Shown piece by piece: positions 50,718-62,610 of a DNA stretch of 64,000 bases. The stretch is from Chiloscyllium plagiosum. Taxonomy: Eukaryota. Numbering within the stretch: position 1 is the first letter of the stretch; the number at the start of each line of letters is the position of its first letter. The stretch spans positions 27,963,473 to 28,027,472 of the forward strand of contig NC_057720.1 in the NCBI RefSeq assembly GCF_004010195.1, written 5' to 3'. The notes under the pieces are model-generated. The model saw only the letters and a list, made by a program, of their open reading frames with translations. It ran no database searches and had not been told where the DNA came from. The translations under genes were made by a program, and so were the position numbers.

Positions 50718-51015
50718 TAGTTAGCACTGCTGCCTCACCACACCAGTGTCCCTGGTTCGATTCCAGCCTTAGGGGACTGTCTGTGTGGAGTTTGCACATT
50801 CTCCCTGTGTCTGTGTGGGTTTTCTCTGGGTGCTCCAGTTTCCTCCCACAGTCCAAAGATGTGCAGGTGAATTGGCCATGCTAATTTGCCCATAGTGTTA
50901 GGTGCATTAGTCAGAGGGAAATGGGACTGGGTGGGTTACTCTTTGGAGGGTCGGCGTGGACTGGTTGGGCCAAAGGGCCTGTTTCCACACTGTAGGGAAT
51001 CTAATCTAATCTAAT
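50718..51015 (+). mobile_element. HE1-like V-SINE
   Basis: B box ggttcgattcc, central domain, (CTAAT)n tail. Confidence 0.88.
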
Positions 51016-51619
51016 AATTAGTATAAAGCAACTTTAGTTGTGCTTTTTAAAATTGGAGTTTAAACAGTTGTGTTGTGTGTTGTGGTGACAGCACAATACC
51101 AGTGGAGGGAGACATTGTCATGCAGTAAAAGACTGTTTTGTGGCGAGGTAGTTGAATATGGCTCAAAATAAAGCTTGGCTGACGAAACCAAGTTTAAATG
51201 CAGTGCATTAATTGCTATTAATTTAACTTGAACTTGCATCTATTCAGTCAAGATATCTTAAAATAACTGAGATAGAACAGCTGGTTGTAGTTGGATCAGA
51301 TTGAAGCATCCTGCTTTGCATTCACTCATGCCCCAGCTTCAACAACACCCCATTAATCGGTGGCCTGCATTACATCTTTAGTGTTTTAATTTTGACTGCC
51401 TTTTTTGTCTAAGTGTAAATAAAGCAGATAATAGTATATAGCACAAACATTTTTTGTCCAAATATTGTGATTAATTTCCATATTTTAATATGTCACTTGG
51501 CAATGTTATAATGCCCTTTTGAGTACTACCAAAGACAAAGTGTTTGTTGAGATTTGGACAGACATGGGTAATAATCTGAGAAATGAACTTGGTGTAGATA
51601 TTTTCTAATCAACCTGTTC

Positions 51620-51945
51620 AGAGACATTTGGCCCATCAAATCCACACTACCTCATCCGAAGAGCATCACACCCAGGCCTATCCCATACCCTACCCCCATA
51701 AACTTGCATTTCCGATGGCTAATGCACCTAACCTGTGCATCCCTGGACACTACATGGCAATTTAGCATGACCAATCCATCTAACCAGCATATCTTTGGGC
51801 TCTGGGGGGAAACTGGTGCACCTAGAGGAAACCCATCGAGGGAGAATGTGCAAACTCCACACAGTCACCCGAGGTAGGAATTGAACCTGGGTTCCTGGTG
51901 CTGTGAGGCAGCAGTCGCTAACCACTGAGCCACTGTGCTGCCCAT
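51620..51945 (-). mobile_element. HE1-like V-SINE, older copy
   Basis: Reverse tRNA head and central domain. Confidence 0.82.
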
Positions 51946-52137
51946 GCCATGTTGAGAAACAAAGCAAAATCTGTAGTACACAGTGTCATTTGCATCCCCT
52001 ATCTAAAATTATAATAATTAATGTAGGCAAATGTGATTGCCTTTTTGAATAGAGCAATGTGCAAAAAGTAACAAAATCAATGGATGACAAAAGGTGTTGG
52101 TTGAAGAATAATTGCTGACCAGGACATCTGAAGAATT

Positions 52138-53995
52138 AGAGTCATAAAATCATAGAGATATACAGCATGGAAACAGACCCTTCGGTCTAACTTGTCCATG
52201 TTGACCAGATATCCTAAATTAATCTAGTCCCATTTGCCAGCACTTTGCCCATATCCCTTTAAACCCTTCCTATTCAAATACCCATTCTACCAGCTTCCAT
52301 CACTTCCTCTGGCAGCTCACTCCATACATGCATCACCCTGAGTGTGCAAATGTTGCCCCTTTGGTTTCTTTTAAATCTTTCTCCTCTCACCTTAAACCTA
52401 TGCCCTCTAGTTTTGGGCTCCCCGATTTGAGGGAAAAGACATTGACTATTCACCCTATCTTTGTCGATCTTGATTTTATAAACTTCTCTGAGGTCACCCC
52501 TCAGTGTCCGACATTCCAGGGTAAACAGCCCCAGCCTATTCAGCCTCTCTGTATAGTTCAAACCTTCCAATACCCTGGCAACATCTTTGTAAATTTTTTT
52601 GAACCCTTTCTAGTTTTGCAACATCTTTCCTATAGCAGGGACACCAAAATTGAACAAAGTATTCCAAAAGTGGCCTAACTAATGTCCTGTCCAGCTACAA
52701 CATGACCTCCCAACTCCTATACTCAAGGCACTGACTAATAAAGTGAAGATACCAAATGCCTTCTTCACTTCCCTGTCTACCTATGACTCCACTTTTAAGG
52801 AGCTGTGATCTTGCACTCCAAGGTCTCTTTGTTCGGCAACACTCCCAGGACCTTACCATTAAGTGTATAAGTCCTGCTCTGATTTGCCTATTCTAAATAC
52901 AGCACACCACATTTATCTAGATTAAACTTCAACTGCCACTCCTCGGTCCATCGGGCCATGTGATCACGGTCCAGTTGTACTCTGAGATTAACTCCTTCGC
53001 TGTCCACTACACCACCAACTTTGGTGTTATCTGCAAACTTACTGACCATATCTTCTATATTCACATTTAAATCATTGCTATAAATGACAAGAAGCAGTGG
53101 ATCCATCGCCGATCCTTGCGGCACAACACTGGTCGCAGGCCTCCAAAAAGCAACCCTCCACCACTAACCTCTGTCTCCTACCTTTGAGCCAATTTTGTAT
53201 GGTGGACAACGTCCACTGCTCTGCCTTCATCACTCCTCTTCATCACTTCTTCAAAAGCCTCAAACAAGCCAGTAAGACACATGTTCCCATGCACAAAGTT
53301 ATGTTGATTATTCCTAATCAGTCCTTGACTTTGCAAATGCATGTAAATCCTATCTGTCAGGATCCCCTCCAACAACTTGCTCACCACTGATGTCAGGTTC
53401 ACCAGCCTTTAGTTTCCTGGCTTTTCCTTACCACTTTCCTTAAATAATAGCAGCATGTTTGTCAACCTCCAGTCCTTTAGCACATCACCCGTGGCTATTG
53501 ATGATACAAATATCTCAGCAAGGGGACCAGCAATAACTTCCCTAGTTTCCCATAAAGCTCTATGGTACACCTGAGCATTTATTCATTGTTGTGTTTTAAG
53601 GTATCCAGAATCTCCTTCTCTGTAATATGGACACTTACCAAGATATTGGTATTTATTTCCGCATGGTCTTTAACTTCCATTTCCTTCTCCACAGTAAACA
53701 CTGTTACAAAGTACTCATTTAGTATTTTCCCCATCTTCTGCACCTAGATGGCCACGTTGATGTGTAAGGTGCCCTGTTCTCTCCTATTTACTCTTTTGTC
53801 CTTAATGTATTTATAGAAACACTTTGGATTATCCTTAACCTTATTTGCCAAAGCTATCTCATGCCCCTTTTTGCTGTTCTGATTTCCCCCTTAAGTATTA
53901 CCCTACTACCCTTCTTCTCCTTTAGGGATTTACTTGATCTTTGCTGTCTATATCTAATATATGCTTCCCTTTTCTGGACCAGAATCTCAATTTTC
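52138..53995 (-). mobile_element. 5'-truncated CR1
   Basis: Minus ORFs PQGSAMDP...SKFADNTK and ERLNRLGLFTLE; reverse CR1 tail. Confidence 0.9.
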
Positions 53996-54446
53996 TGCAC
54001 TTTTACACTTAAAGTTATTTCTTGCATCCACGTAAACAGGGAGTGGAGGGCCTCATTTTAATACCTCATCCAAATACGGCAGTGCCAGAATGCTGCAACA
54101 GTTTCAGCCTTGATTTTGCTATAGTACTTTGGCAGAACTTGAACACAAATTTTTGACTCATGCAAAACTGCATCCAAGACAATTTGCGAAATGTGAAATT
54201 TATTCTTGTGTAGTACTAGACCATATTTAATTAGAAGTGAAAAATAACTAGTAATAAAGAAAAAATTCTTTTTTTAAAAAAACTCCTCTGATGTCTGTGT
54301 ATTTCAAAGTATTTTTCACAGCCAATTACTATAATTCTGTTTTTAAAGAGTGGCTACTGTTATGTGAGAAAACAGAAAGTGAGTTAGCTTTTGTTGAATC
54401 CAGTGCTGTCAGCCATTTCTTCATAGCACATGAAGTGAATTTAATT

Positions 54447-54805
54447 AGAGTCATAGAGTCGTAGAGATGTACAATATGGAAACAGACCCTTTGGTCCAAC
54501 CTGTCCACACCGAACAGATATCCCAACCCAATCTAGTCCCACCCGCCAGCACCCGGCCCATATCCCTCCAAACCCTTCCTATTCATATTCCCATCCAAAT
54601 GCCTCTTAAATGTTGCAATTGTACCAGCCTCCTCCACATTCTCTGGCAGCTCATTCCATATACGTACCACCCTCTGTGTGAAAAAGTTGCTCCTTAGGTC
54701 TCTTTTATATCTTTCCCCTCTCACCCTGAACCTATGCCCTCTAGTTTTGGACTCCCCGATCCCAGGGAAAAGACTTTGTCTCTTTAACCTATTCATGCCC
54801 CTCAA
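54447..54805 (-). mobile_element. CR1 3' fragment
   Basis: TRGHRFRVRGERYKRDLRSNFFTQRVV; tail gagtcata repeats. Confidence 0.9.
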
Positions 54806-56097
54806 ACTGGTAATTGTAAAGTGGGAGGCCAAGATGGATCATCCACATAACATCTGACTGAAGATGGTTGGAATGCTTTTACTGTCTAATGTAAAAAGTC
54901 CACATTTCTGGGTTTTCCATTGTTAGATTTGATTTGATTTTTACTGTTGTCACATATACTGAGATACTGATTCGTGTGACGGACTGTGCTGTGAAGGGGT
55001 CTTTCTGGAGCCTCCTCCCTTTATTTATTCAGTTCATTAACATTCGCAATGGAATGTGGCAAGACTTGAGTTTTGATCTGGCCTGTTTGATGGATTACTT
55101 AATTCTATCTGTTGTGTGCTCGAGCATTCCAATCATTGTTTAAAAACAGCCTCACTTGCACAGTGATGTAGCCCCATTTAATAAGAGAAAAACAACTGAA
55201 AGGAATTTGCCAGGTTTTGATTCTTGCACATCCAGCTTCCTTCCTTGGACCACTTTACATATCTTGGGAATCTCCTCTCAAAGATGGCAGATGTAGCAGA
55301 TGAAATCCATACTGTCGTCACTGTATTCAACCGAGACACAATACAACTTCACGATTTATATTAAAACTGAAAGAACTGTGGATGCTGTAAATTAGAAACA
55401 AAAATTGGTGGAAAAGCTCAGCAGGGTTGGCCAAATCTGTGGAAAGAAGTCAGAGTAAACGTTTCGTGCCCAGTGACTATTCCTCTCAACACCCCACGCA
55501 CATGCTCACACACAAACATAGTCTCTCTCCCTCTAGAAAACTGTGTGTTTTTTTTTCCTTACTTATGATCCCACACACCTGTGTAGGACAGAAATAAGTG
55601 CTGCATTACCAATTGAAAAACTATTCAAAAACTGTATTAAAGTATTGCGAGCTTTCAAATAGCTTTTCTTACAATTAACAGTATTCGTTGAGTATTATAT
55701 TAGTTTCTCAATTGAATGAATCCAGTTTACTGTGTAATCTTACCACCAGGTATGATACTGAAATGAAATTATGATCATTGTAACAATGGAGAAATATTTT
55801 CTACGTATGTCTCCCCTTCTGTATTGAGCCTAATAGACTTGATAACCTGTATTGTTACCTAATTGAACACACATTCCAGCTCTCTTCCTGAGAGAGACTG
55901 CCCTCTCTTTTTGGGGAGTGTGGGATAAGAGATAAAGTAGAAGGGTTCTTCGTTTCCCTTGTTATTGTGCTTTCTCTGCCTCAAGTTTCTTGATTTTTCT
56001 GTGGTCTTCCTGAATGTATCTGGTATGTCTTCATATACATGACTCTGTATATGTTTTTCCTCTCTGGTTTTGTTTTCTGGAATGCTGGTGCTTTTAC

Positions 56098-56640
56098 AGG
56101 GGAGGTGATGGCTATGGTATTATTACTGGACTATTAATCCAGAGTTCAGATCATGTTCTGGGAACCTGCGTTCGAATCCTGCCATGGCAGATGGTGGAAT
56201 TTGAATTCAATAATAATCTGAAATTAATCTAATGTTGACCACAAATCTATTGTCGAAAATACCCATCTGGTTCACAAACGTGCCTTAGGGAAGGAAACTG
56301 CCATCCTTACCTGGTTTGGCCTACATGTGACTCCAGATCCATAGCAATGTGGTTGATTCTTAACTGCCTTCTGGGCAATTAGGGATGGAAAATAAATGCT
56401 GCCTACGTGAAAGTGAGGACTGCAAATGCTGGGGATTAGAGTCGAGAGTGTAGTGCTGGAAAAGCACAGCAGGTCAGGCAGCATCTGAGGAGCGGGAAAA
56501 TTGACGTTTTGGGCAAAAGCCTTTCATCAGGCTTTTGACCAAAACGTTGATTTTCCTGCTTCTCAGATGCTACCTGACCTGCTGTGCTTTTTCCAGCACC
56601 ACCATAGCTAGTGATACCCTTATCCTGTGAATGAATTAAT
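56098..56640 (+). mobile_element. tRNA-derived SINE (second family) interrupted by a family A palindrome at ~56406-56604
   Basis: B box gttcgaatcc; homologous to 17530-17875; the insert has inverted family A arms. Confidence 0.8.
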
Positions 56641-57999
56641 GAAGACTCTTGCCCCAGGAATAAATAATAAATACTTAACCATGGTAGAATTGAGTCTGCT
56701 CATTTAAGCTTAACTATGTGTCCTACTTTTAAGTAATTACTGTACCAAGAATAATATTATTTGTTCCATTGGCAGAACAATGTATGTTCTTCACTTCAGT
56801 GTTTACTGAAGTGTTGCGTTAAAGTTATAATGAGACCGTTTGAAGTTAATCTTGTTTTAAGTGAGCAATTGGCTCGATCATAATTTTTCATTGCTAATGA
56901 GGACTTTAGTTGGGGCTTATCCAAATTTATGTATCCCTCATTATTCTTTTTTTGGATGATTTATTTTGCTTTAATTCATTGAGGAGGGTGGTATGACAGT
57001 TATGCAGGCTCAAAAGGTGATTCTTGGCATTTGCTTAAAATCGTGTGAAATCTCAAAATGATTAAATTTTTGTAGCAATTCATAACAAGATTTACAAATC
57101 ACTTGGCATCAAAATGCCCATTTTAGAAACTTTTGTGAACTTGGAGTAACTTTAAAGAGCAATGTATTTCATCAACAGCTGGCATTTTCTTTTATTCTCA
57201 GCTTTCACTTATAGCAGCCTTTGCCCCACAGCCTGAGATTTCTTACAGAGCTCTTGGATAATGGCCAAGTTCCCAGGACCTAAATTAAAAGGGAAATATC
57301 TAGTTTGTTTGAATTTGCTCTTTGTTTTCACCAGTTGTCAATAATTTGGCAATTGTCAAGGCATTTTAATAACTGTCATTAAATTCAAATCAAAATACTG
57401 CAAATGACAATACAGTAAATTACCATTCCAGTACCTTTGTCACAGAACAGAAAGTTCATGGCTTTTCGGTGCAAGATTTGTAATGTCTCGACAAGACAGA
57501 CCACAGGATTGAGACCAACAGCTGAAATGTTAGCCCCTTCATGAGGTTAGGAACAATGATTGGGTAAGGAACTGGGCAATTCTTGTGTTGGCCAGCATGC
57601 CATATTTTAAAAAAGGGTAATGTTAACCAGTACAAGAATGAGGGTGGGAGAGTGATCCTGTTTGTTTCTTAGATTATTTAAATAACTTGTGAAACTTGTT
57701 AATAACTTGTTAGAGGTGAGGGCTGCAATTTTGAAAATAAACATATGGCATTCAGAAGCTGTTTGTTTCTAAGCAGCTGAAAAGAAGTAGGTACAGAGTA
57801 GGGAGTCAGTTATGGCTGCTGCAGGGCATTATCCTAGATAATAAGAGGGTAAATGGGGCAGAGGTCATCTTGGCATTTGGAAAGGTGTCCTTAGCACTGT
57901 ATCATTAGTGAAAAGAGTGTACACTCGGGAATTGACAGGGTTTGTCACATCCCCCCGGCATTGTGGAGTTAAGTGTGAACTTTGGAAGTTTGACAATCA

Positions 58000-60118
58000 G
58001 GAGAAACTGAGGACTGCAGATGCTGGAGACCAGAGTTGAAAAGTGTGGTGCTGGAAAAGCGCAGCAGGCCAGGCAGCATCCGAGGAGCAGGAGAATAAGC
58101 CATTCTTCAGGAACGAGGGAAGAAAAGGTCGGGGGTGGTGCCAGTGTAGCTGCGGAAGATGGACTGTTCCACATATCCAGCGAAGAGGCAGGCATAGCTG
58201 GGGCCCATGTGGGTGCCCATGGCTACTCCTTTGGTTTGGAGGAAGTGGGAGGATTGGAAGGAGAAGTTGTTAAGAGTGAGGACCAGTTCAGTCAGTCAAA
58301 GGAGGGTGTCAGTGGAAGGATTGGATCGGCGGGAGAGAAAGAAGCAGAGGGCTTGGAAGCCTTCGTGATGGCAGATGGAAGTGTATAGGGACTGGATGTC
58401 CATGGTGAAGATAAGGCGTTGGGGGCCGGGGAAGCGAAAATCATGGAGGAGGTGGAGGGCATGTGTGGTGTCCCAAACGTAGGTGGGGACTTCTTGGACT
58501 AAGGGGGACAGGACAGTGTTGAGGTATGCAGAGATGAGTTCGGTGGGGCAGGAGCAGGCTGAGACAATGGGTCAGCCGGGGCAGTCAGGTTTGTGGATTT
58601 TGGGCAGGAGGTAGAAACAGGTGGTGTGGGGTTGTGAGACTATGAAGTTGGAGGCAGTGGATGGGAGATCCCCGAGGTGATGAGGTTATGGAGGTCTGGG
58701 AGATGATGGTTTGGTAGTGGGAGGTGGGGTCATGGTCAACGGGGCAGTAGGAGGAGGTGTCCATGAGTTGGTGTCTACCTTCAGCGGTGTAAAGATCAGT
58801 TAGCCAAACTACCACAGCGCCTCCCTTGTCTGCAAGTTTGATGGTGAGGTTAGGGTTGGAGTGGAGGGCTGCGCGTTGTGATGGTGAGAGGTTGGAGTGG
58901 GTGAGAGGGGTGGACAGGTTGAGGCGGTCAATGTCACGGTGGCAGTTGGATATGAAGAGATCGAGGGCAGGTAAGAGGCCAGCATGGGGTGTCCAGGTGG
59001 ATGGGGTGTGTTGGATGCGGGAGAAGGGGTCATCAGAGGGTGGGCGAGAGTCCTGGTTGAAGAAGTAGGCGTGGAGGTGAAGGCGCTGGAAAAAAATGCT
59101 CGATGTCTAGCCGCGTGTCGAATTCATTGATCCGGGACTGTAGAGGGATGAAGGTGAGGCCTCTGCTGAGGACTGATCATTCATCCTCAGAGAGGGGGAG
59201 ATCTGGAGGGATGGTGAAAATACAGCAGGGCTGGGAGCTAGGACCTGGGACCTGGTGTGGGGGCGGAGTTAGTTCAAAGTTTGAGAGAAGATTTGTAGCT
59301 CGGGTGCTCGTTGCTGTGGTTCTGTTCGCCAAGCTGGAAGATTTTGTTGCAAACGTTTCGTCCCCTGTCTAGAACATCAAGAACATCTCTGAAATGACAG
59401 CCAGACTACTGCGACCACTAGGACTTATAACAGCACACAAACCAACAGCCACACTCAGACAACAACTCACCAGAACGAAGGACCCGATACCCAGCATGAG
59501 CAAAACTAATGTGGTATACAAAATCCCATGCAAGGACTGCACAAAACACTATATAGGACAAACAGGAAGACAGCTAACGATCCGCATCCACGAACATCAA
59601 CTAGCCACGAAACGACACGACCAGCTATCCCTAGTAGCCACACACGCAGACGATAAGCAACATGAGTTTGACTGGGACAACACTACCATTATAGGGCAAG
59701 CCAAACAAAGAACAGCCAGGGAATTCCTAGAAGCATGGCACTCATCCACAAACTCCATCAACAAACACATCGACCTGGACCCAATATACCGGCCACTACA
59801 GCGGACAACTGAAACTGACAACCGGAAGTGGCAGGGACAGGCCACTATAAATGCCGGAGGAAACACCACAGAAGCGCTTCACAGGAGGCTCCCAAGCACT
59901 GAGGATGTTACCTAGACAGGAGACGAAACTTTTGCAACAAAAACTTCCAGCTCGGCGAACAGAACCACAGCAGCGGAGTTGGTCATGGGGGCGGAGTTGG
60001 TCGTGGGGGCGGAGTTGGTCGTGCTCATTCCTGAAGAAGGGCTTATGCCCGAAATGTCGATTCTCCTGCTCCTCGGATGCTGCCTGGCCTGCTACGCTTT
60101 TCCAGCACCACACTTTTC
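58000..60118 (-). mobile_element. Penelope-like element, family A, internally deleted, inverted termini
   Basis: Minus-strand RT pieces (GVAMGTHMGPSYA, KPADKGGAVV); TSD aagt(t/c)tgacaatca at 57986-57999 and 60119-60132; hammerhead core CTGAAGA 60031...GAAAtgtc. Confidence 0.9.
59271..59972 (+). mobile_element. Nested Penelope-like element, family B (GIY-YIG 3' part) with inverted short arm
   Basis: ORF 59394-59915 NVVYKIPCKDCTKHYIGQTGRQLTIRIHEH (GIY-YIG); 8-bp TSD gcggagtt at 59263-59270 and 59973-59980. Confidence 0.92.
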
Positions 60119-60940
60119 AAGTCTGACAATCACAATAGAGTTGTGCAAATAGAAGGTTGCAACGCTAACCAAGGATGCATGAACGTCAGATTCTGTCCTC
60201 AGTGTCAGAGACAAACAACATTCTCCACAGGAAAGACTGACCCTTGAGCAATAGGAGGGCACAGGAAACACAAGGGAAAGGAAGTCCGTGGATGTCATGC
60301 CCTCAACATACAGTCAACTGCCAAAGACACAGCTACCTGGAATTGGCCAATATCAGACAGAGGGTCACAGGTAGTCCCTTCACCTCTGACACTCAGCAGC
60401 TTTTTGTACAATCTACAAGTTGCAGTGCGGAAATTCACCAAAGATCCTTTGACCGCACTTTCCAAACCCATGACTACTTCCAGCTAGAAGGACAAGGTAA
60501 CATCACCTACAAGTTCCCCTCCAAGCCACTCACCATCTTGACTTAGAAATGTGTCACTATTCCTTCACCAACATTGCGTCAAAATCCTGGAATTCCTTCC
60601 AGATTGGCATTGTGGGTCAACTTCCAGCATGTGGAATGCAGTGGTTCAAAAAGACTGCCTGCTACTGCCTTCTCAAGGGCAAATAGAGACTGGCAGTAAA
60701 TGCTGGCCAGCCAGCGACACTCAAGTTGTACAAATTAATTTTAAAAAGGTCAGAAGAATGAGAGGTGATGTATTTGAAATATTTCAAGTTCTTGAGTGAC
60801 TCGACAGGTTTAGTGCTGGGAGGTTTTGTCATTTAGAGCAGAGATTAGAAATTTCTTTACCCAAAGAATTGTGAACCTTTGGAATCTCTCTGACAGAGAA
60901 CTCTGAATGCTCTGTCATTGGTAGGTTCAAGTCAGAAATC

Positions 60941-61152
60941 TTCGAGGAGAAAGTGAGGTCTGCAGATGCTGGAGATCAAAGTTGAAACTTTATTGCTGGA
61001 ACAGCACAGCAGGTCAGGCAGCATCCAGGGAACAGGAGATTCGACGTTTCGGGCACAGGTTCCTGAGGAAGGGCCTGTGCCCGAAACGTCGAATCTCCTG
61101 TTCCCTGGATGCTGCCTGACCTGCTGTGCTGTTCCAGCAATAAAGTTTCAAC
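60941..61152. mobile_element. Palindromic family A mini-element with intact hammerhead core
   Basis: 14-bp TSD tcaagtcagaaatc at 60927-60940 and 61153-61166; gttc-CTGAGGA-a-GGGC-ctgt-GCCC-GAAA-CG-TC-gaat at 61059-61094. Confidence 0.92.
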
Positions 61153-61262
61153 TCAAGTCAGAAATCAGAGACCTTTGGGTACTGAGAGGGTCAAGGATAT
61201 GATTTAGTGCAGAAAGGCGAATCTGAGATTCAAGACGTGTTCCTGAATTTTTATGTTTTCAG

Positions 61263-61308
61263 TCACAGGAGGGGGCGAGAAGAAGTTTGGAACAATTAGC
61301 TTCAGGCA
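61263..61308 (+). other. Candidate 46-nt exon
   Basis: Acceptor ttttatgttttcag, donor GCA|gtatgt, purine-rich body in non-repeat DNA. Confidence 0.3.
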
Positions 61309-61484
61309 GTATGTTATCCGGATAGTTTTATAAATCAGAAAAATAACTTGATTTATTCTGTGGTTGGGTGGCTATACTTATTTAAATGATATACATTCTT
61401 TCAGCTATTGGTTTGGTTGGTGAAATGGATTTCTGATTTCAGATCTGATGAGTACATTACAATTTTATTTATGACATTCCTGTT

Positions 61485-62610
61485 TTAGAAAGGACATTGT
61501 TAAGTTGGAGAGAGTTTAGAAGAGAATTACCAGTGTGTTCTCAGGAATGGAGGGTTTGAGTTATAAGTGCTGGTTTGACTAGGACTTTTTTCCCTGTACT
61601 GAAGGAAGTTGAGAGATGATCTTATAGAAGCTTATAAAATCATGAGGGGTGCAGATAAAGTGAATGGCAAACGTCTCTTCATTAGGGTGGGGGATTTCTT
61701 CTGGATCAGTGGTGCTGGAAGAGCACAGCAATTCAGGCAGCATCCGAGGACAGGCAAAATCGACGTTTCGGGCAAAAGCCCTTCATCAGGAAGGGCTGAT
61801 GAAGGGCTTTTGCCCGAAACGTTGATTTTTGCCTGTCCTCGGATGCTGCCTGAATTGCTGTGCTCTTCCAGCACCACTGATCCAGAATCTGGTTTCCAGC
61901 ATCTGCAGTCATTGTTTTTACCTGGGGGATTTCTTGACTAGGGGATATATTCTTAAGATGAGAGGAGAAAGATTTCATGTTTCATGTGTCTAGTTCTGAT
62001 CGTCTAATTATAGAAAGGATATTATTAAGTTGGAAAGGGTTCAGAAGAGATTTACCAGGGCATTGATCGGTATGGAAGGTTTGAGTTATAAAGAAAGGCT
62101 AGATACGTTGGAAATTTTCTCACAGCAGCGTAGGAGATTGAGAGGTGACCTTATCAAAGTTTATAAAATCATGAATATAGGTAAGGTTAATGGTAGGAAT
62201 GATGATAATGAAGGGCTTTTGCCTGAAACATTGACTCACTTACTCCTCGGATGCTGCCTGACTTGCAGTGTTTTTCCAGCACTACGCTCTATACTCTAAT
62301 CTCCAACATCTGCAGACCTCACTTTTGCCTTAATGGTAAGTATCTTCTCCCTTGGATGGGGGTTTCAAGACTAAGGAGAAGATAGAGATTTTAAAAAGAC
62401 ATGAGCGGCAAATGTTTTACATAGTGGCTTGAATATGGATTGAACTTCCTGAGGAAGAGATGGATGCTGGAACAATTACATTGTTTGAAAGGCATTTGGA
62501 TAAGCACATGCATAGGAAAAGTTTGGAAGATTTGGGGGCAGGTGGGCCTAGTTTATATTCAGCATGGACTGGTGGGACCGAGGGATTGATTTCCATGCTG
62601 TATGACTCTA
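61485..62610 (+). mobile_element. Two adjacent CR1 3' fragments, each with a family A insertion
   Basis: ERVQKRFTR...LRGDLIKVYKIM motifs twice; inserts at 61701-61922 and 62196-62329 (TSD ttaatggta). Confidence 0.8.
61701..61922. mobile_element. Palindromic family A mini-element with hammerhead cores on both strands
   Basis: 13-bp TSD tgggggatttctt at 61688-61700 and 61923-61935; minus core 61762-61789, plus core 61796-61823. Confidence 0.92.

Noticed and set aside
59973..60022. Direct repeats as a CRISPR array
   Set aside because: Contiguous 18-bp units without spacers, in a eukaryotic retroelement.
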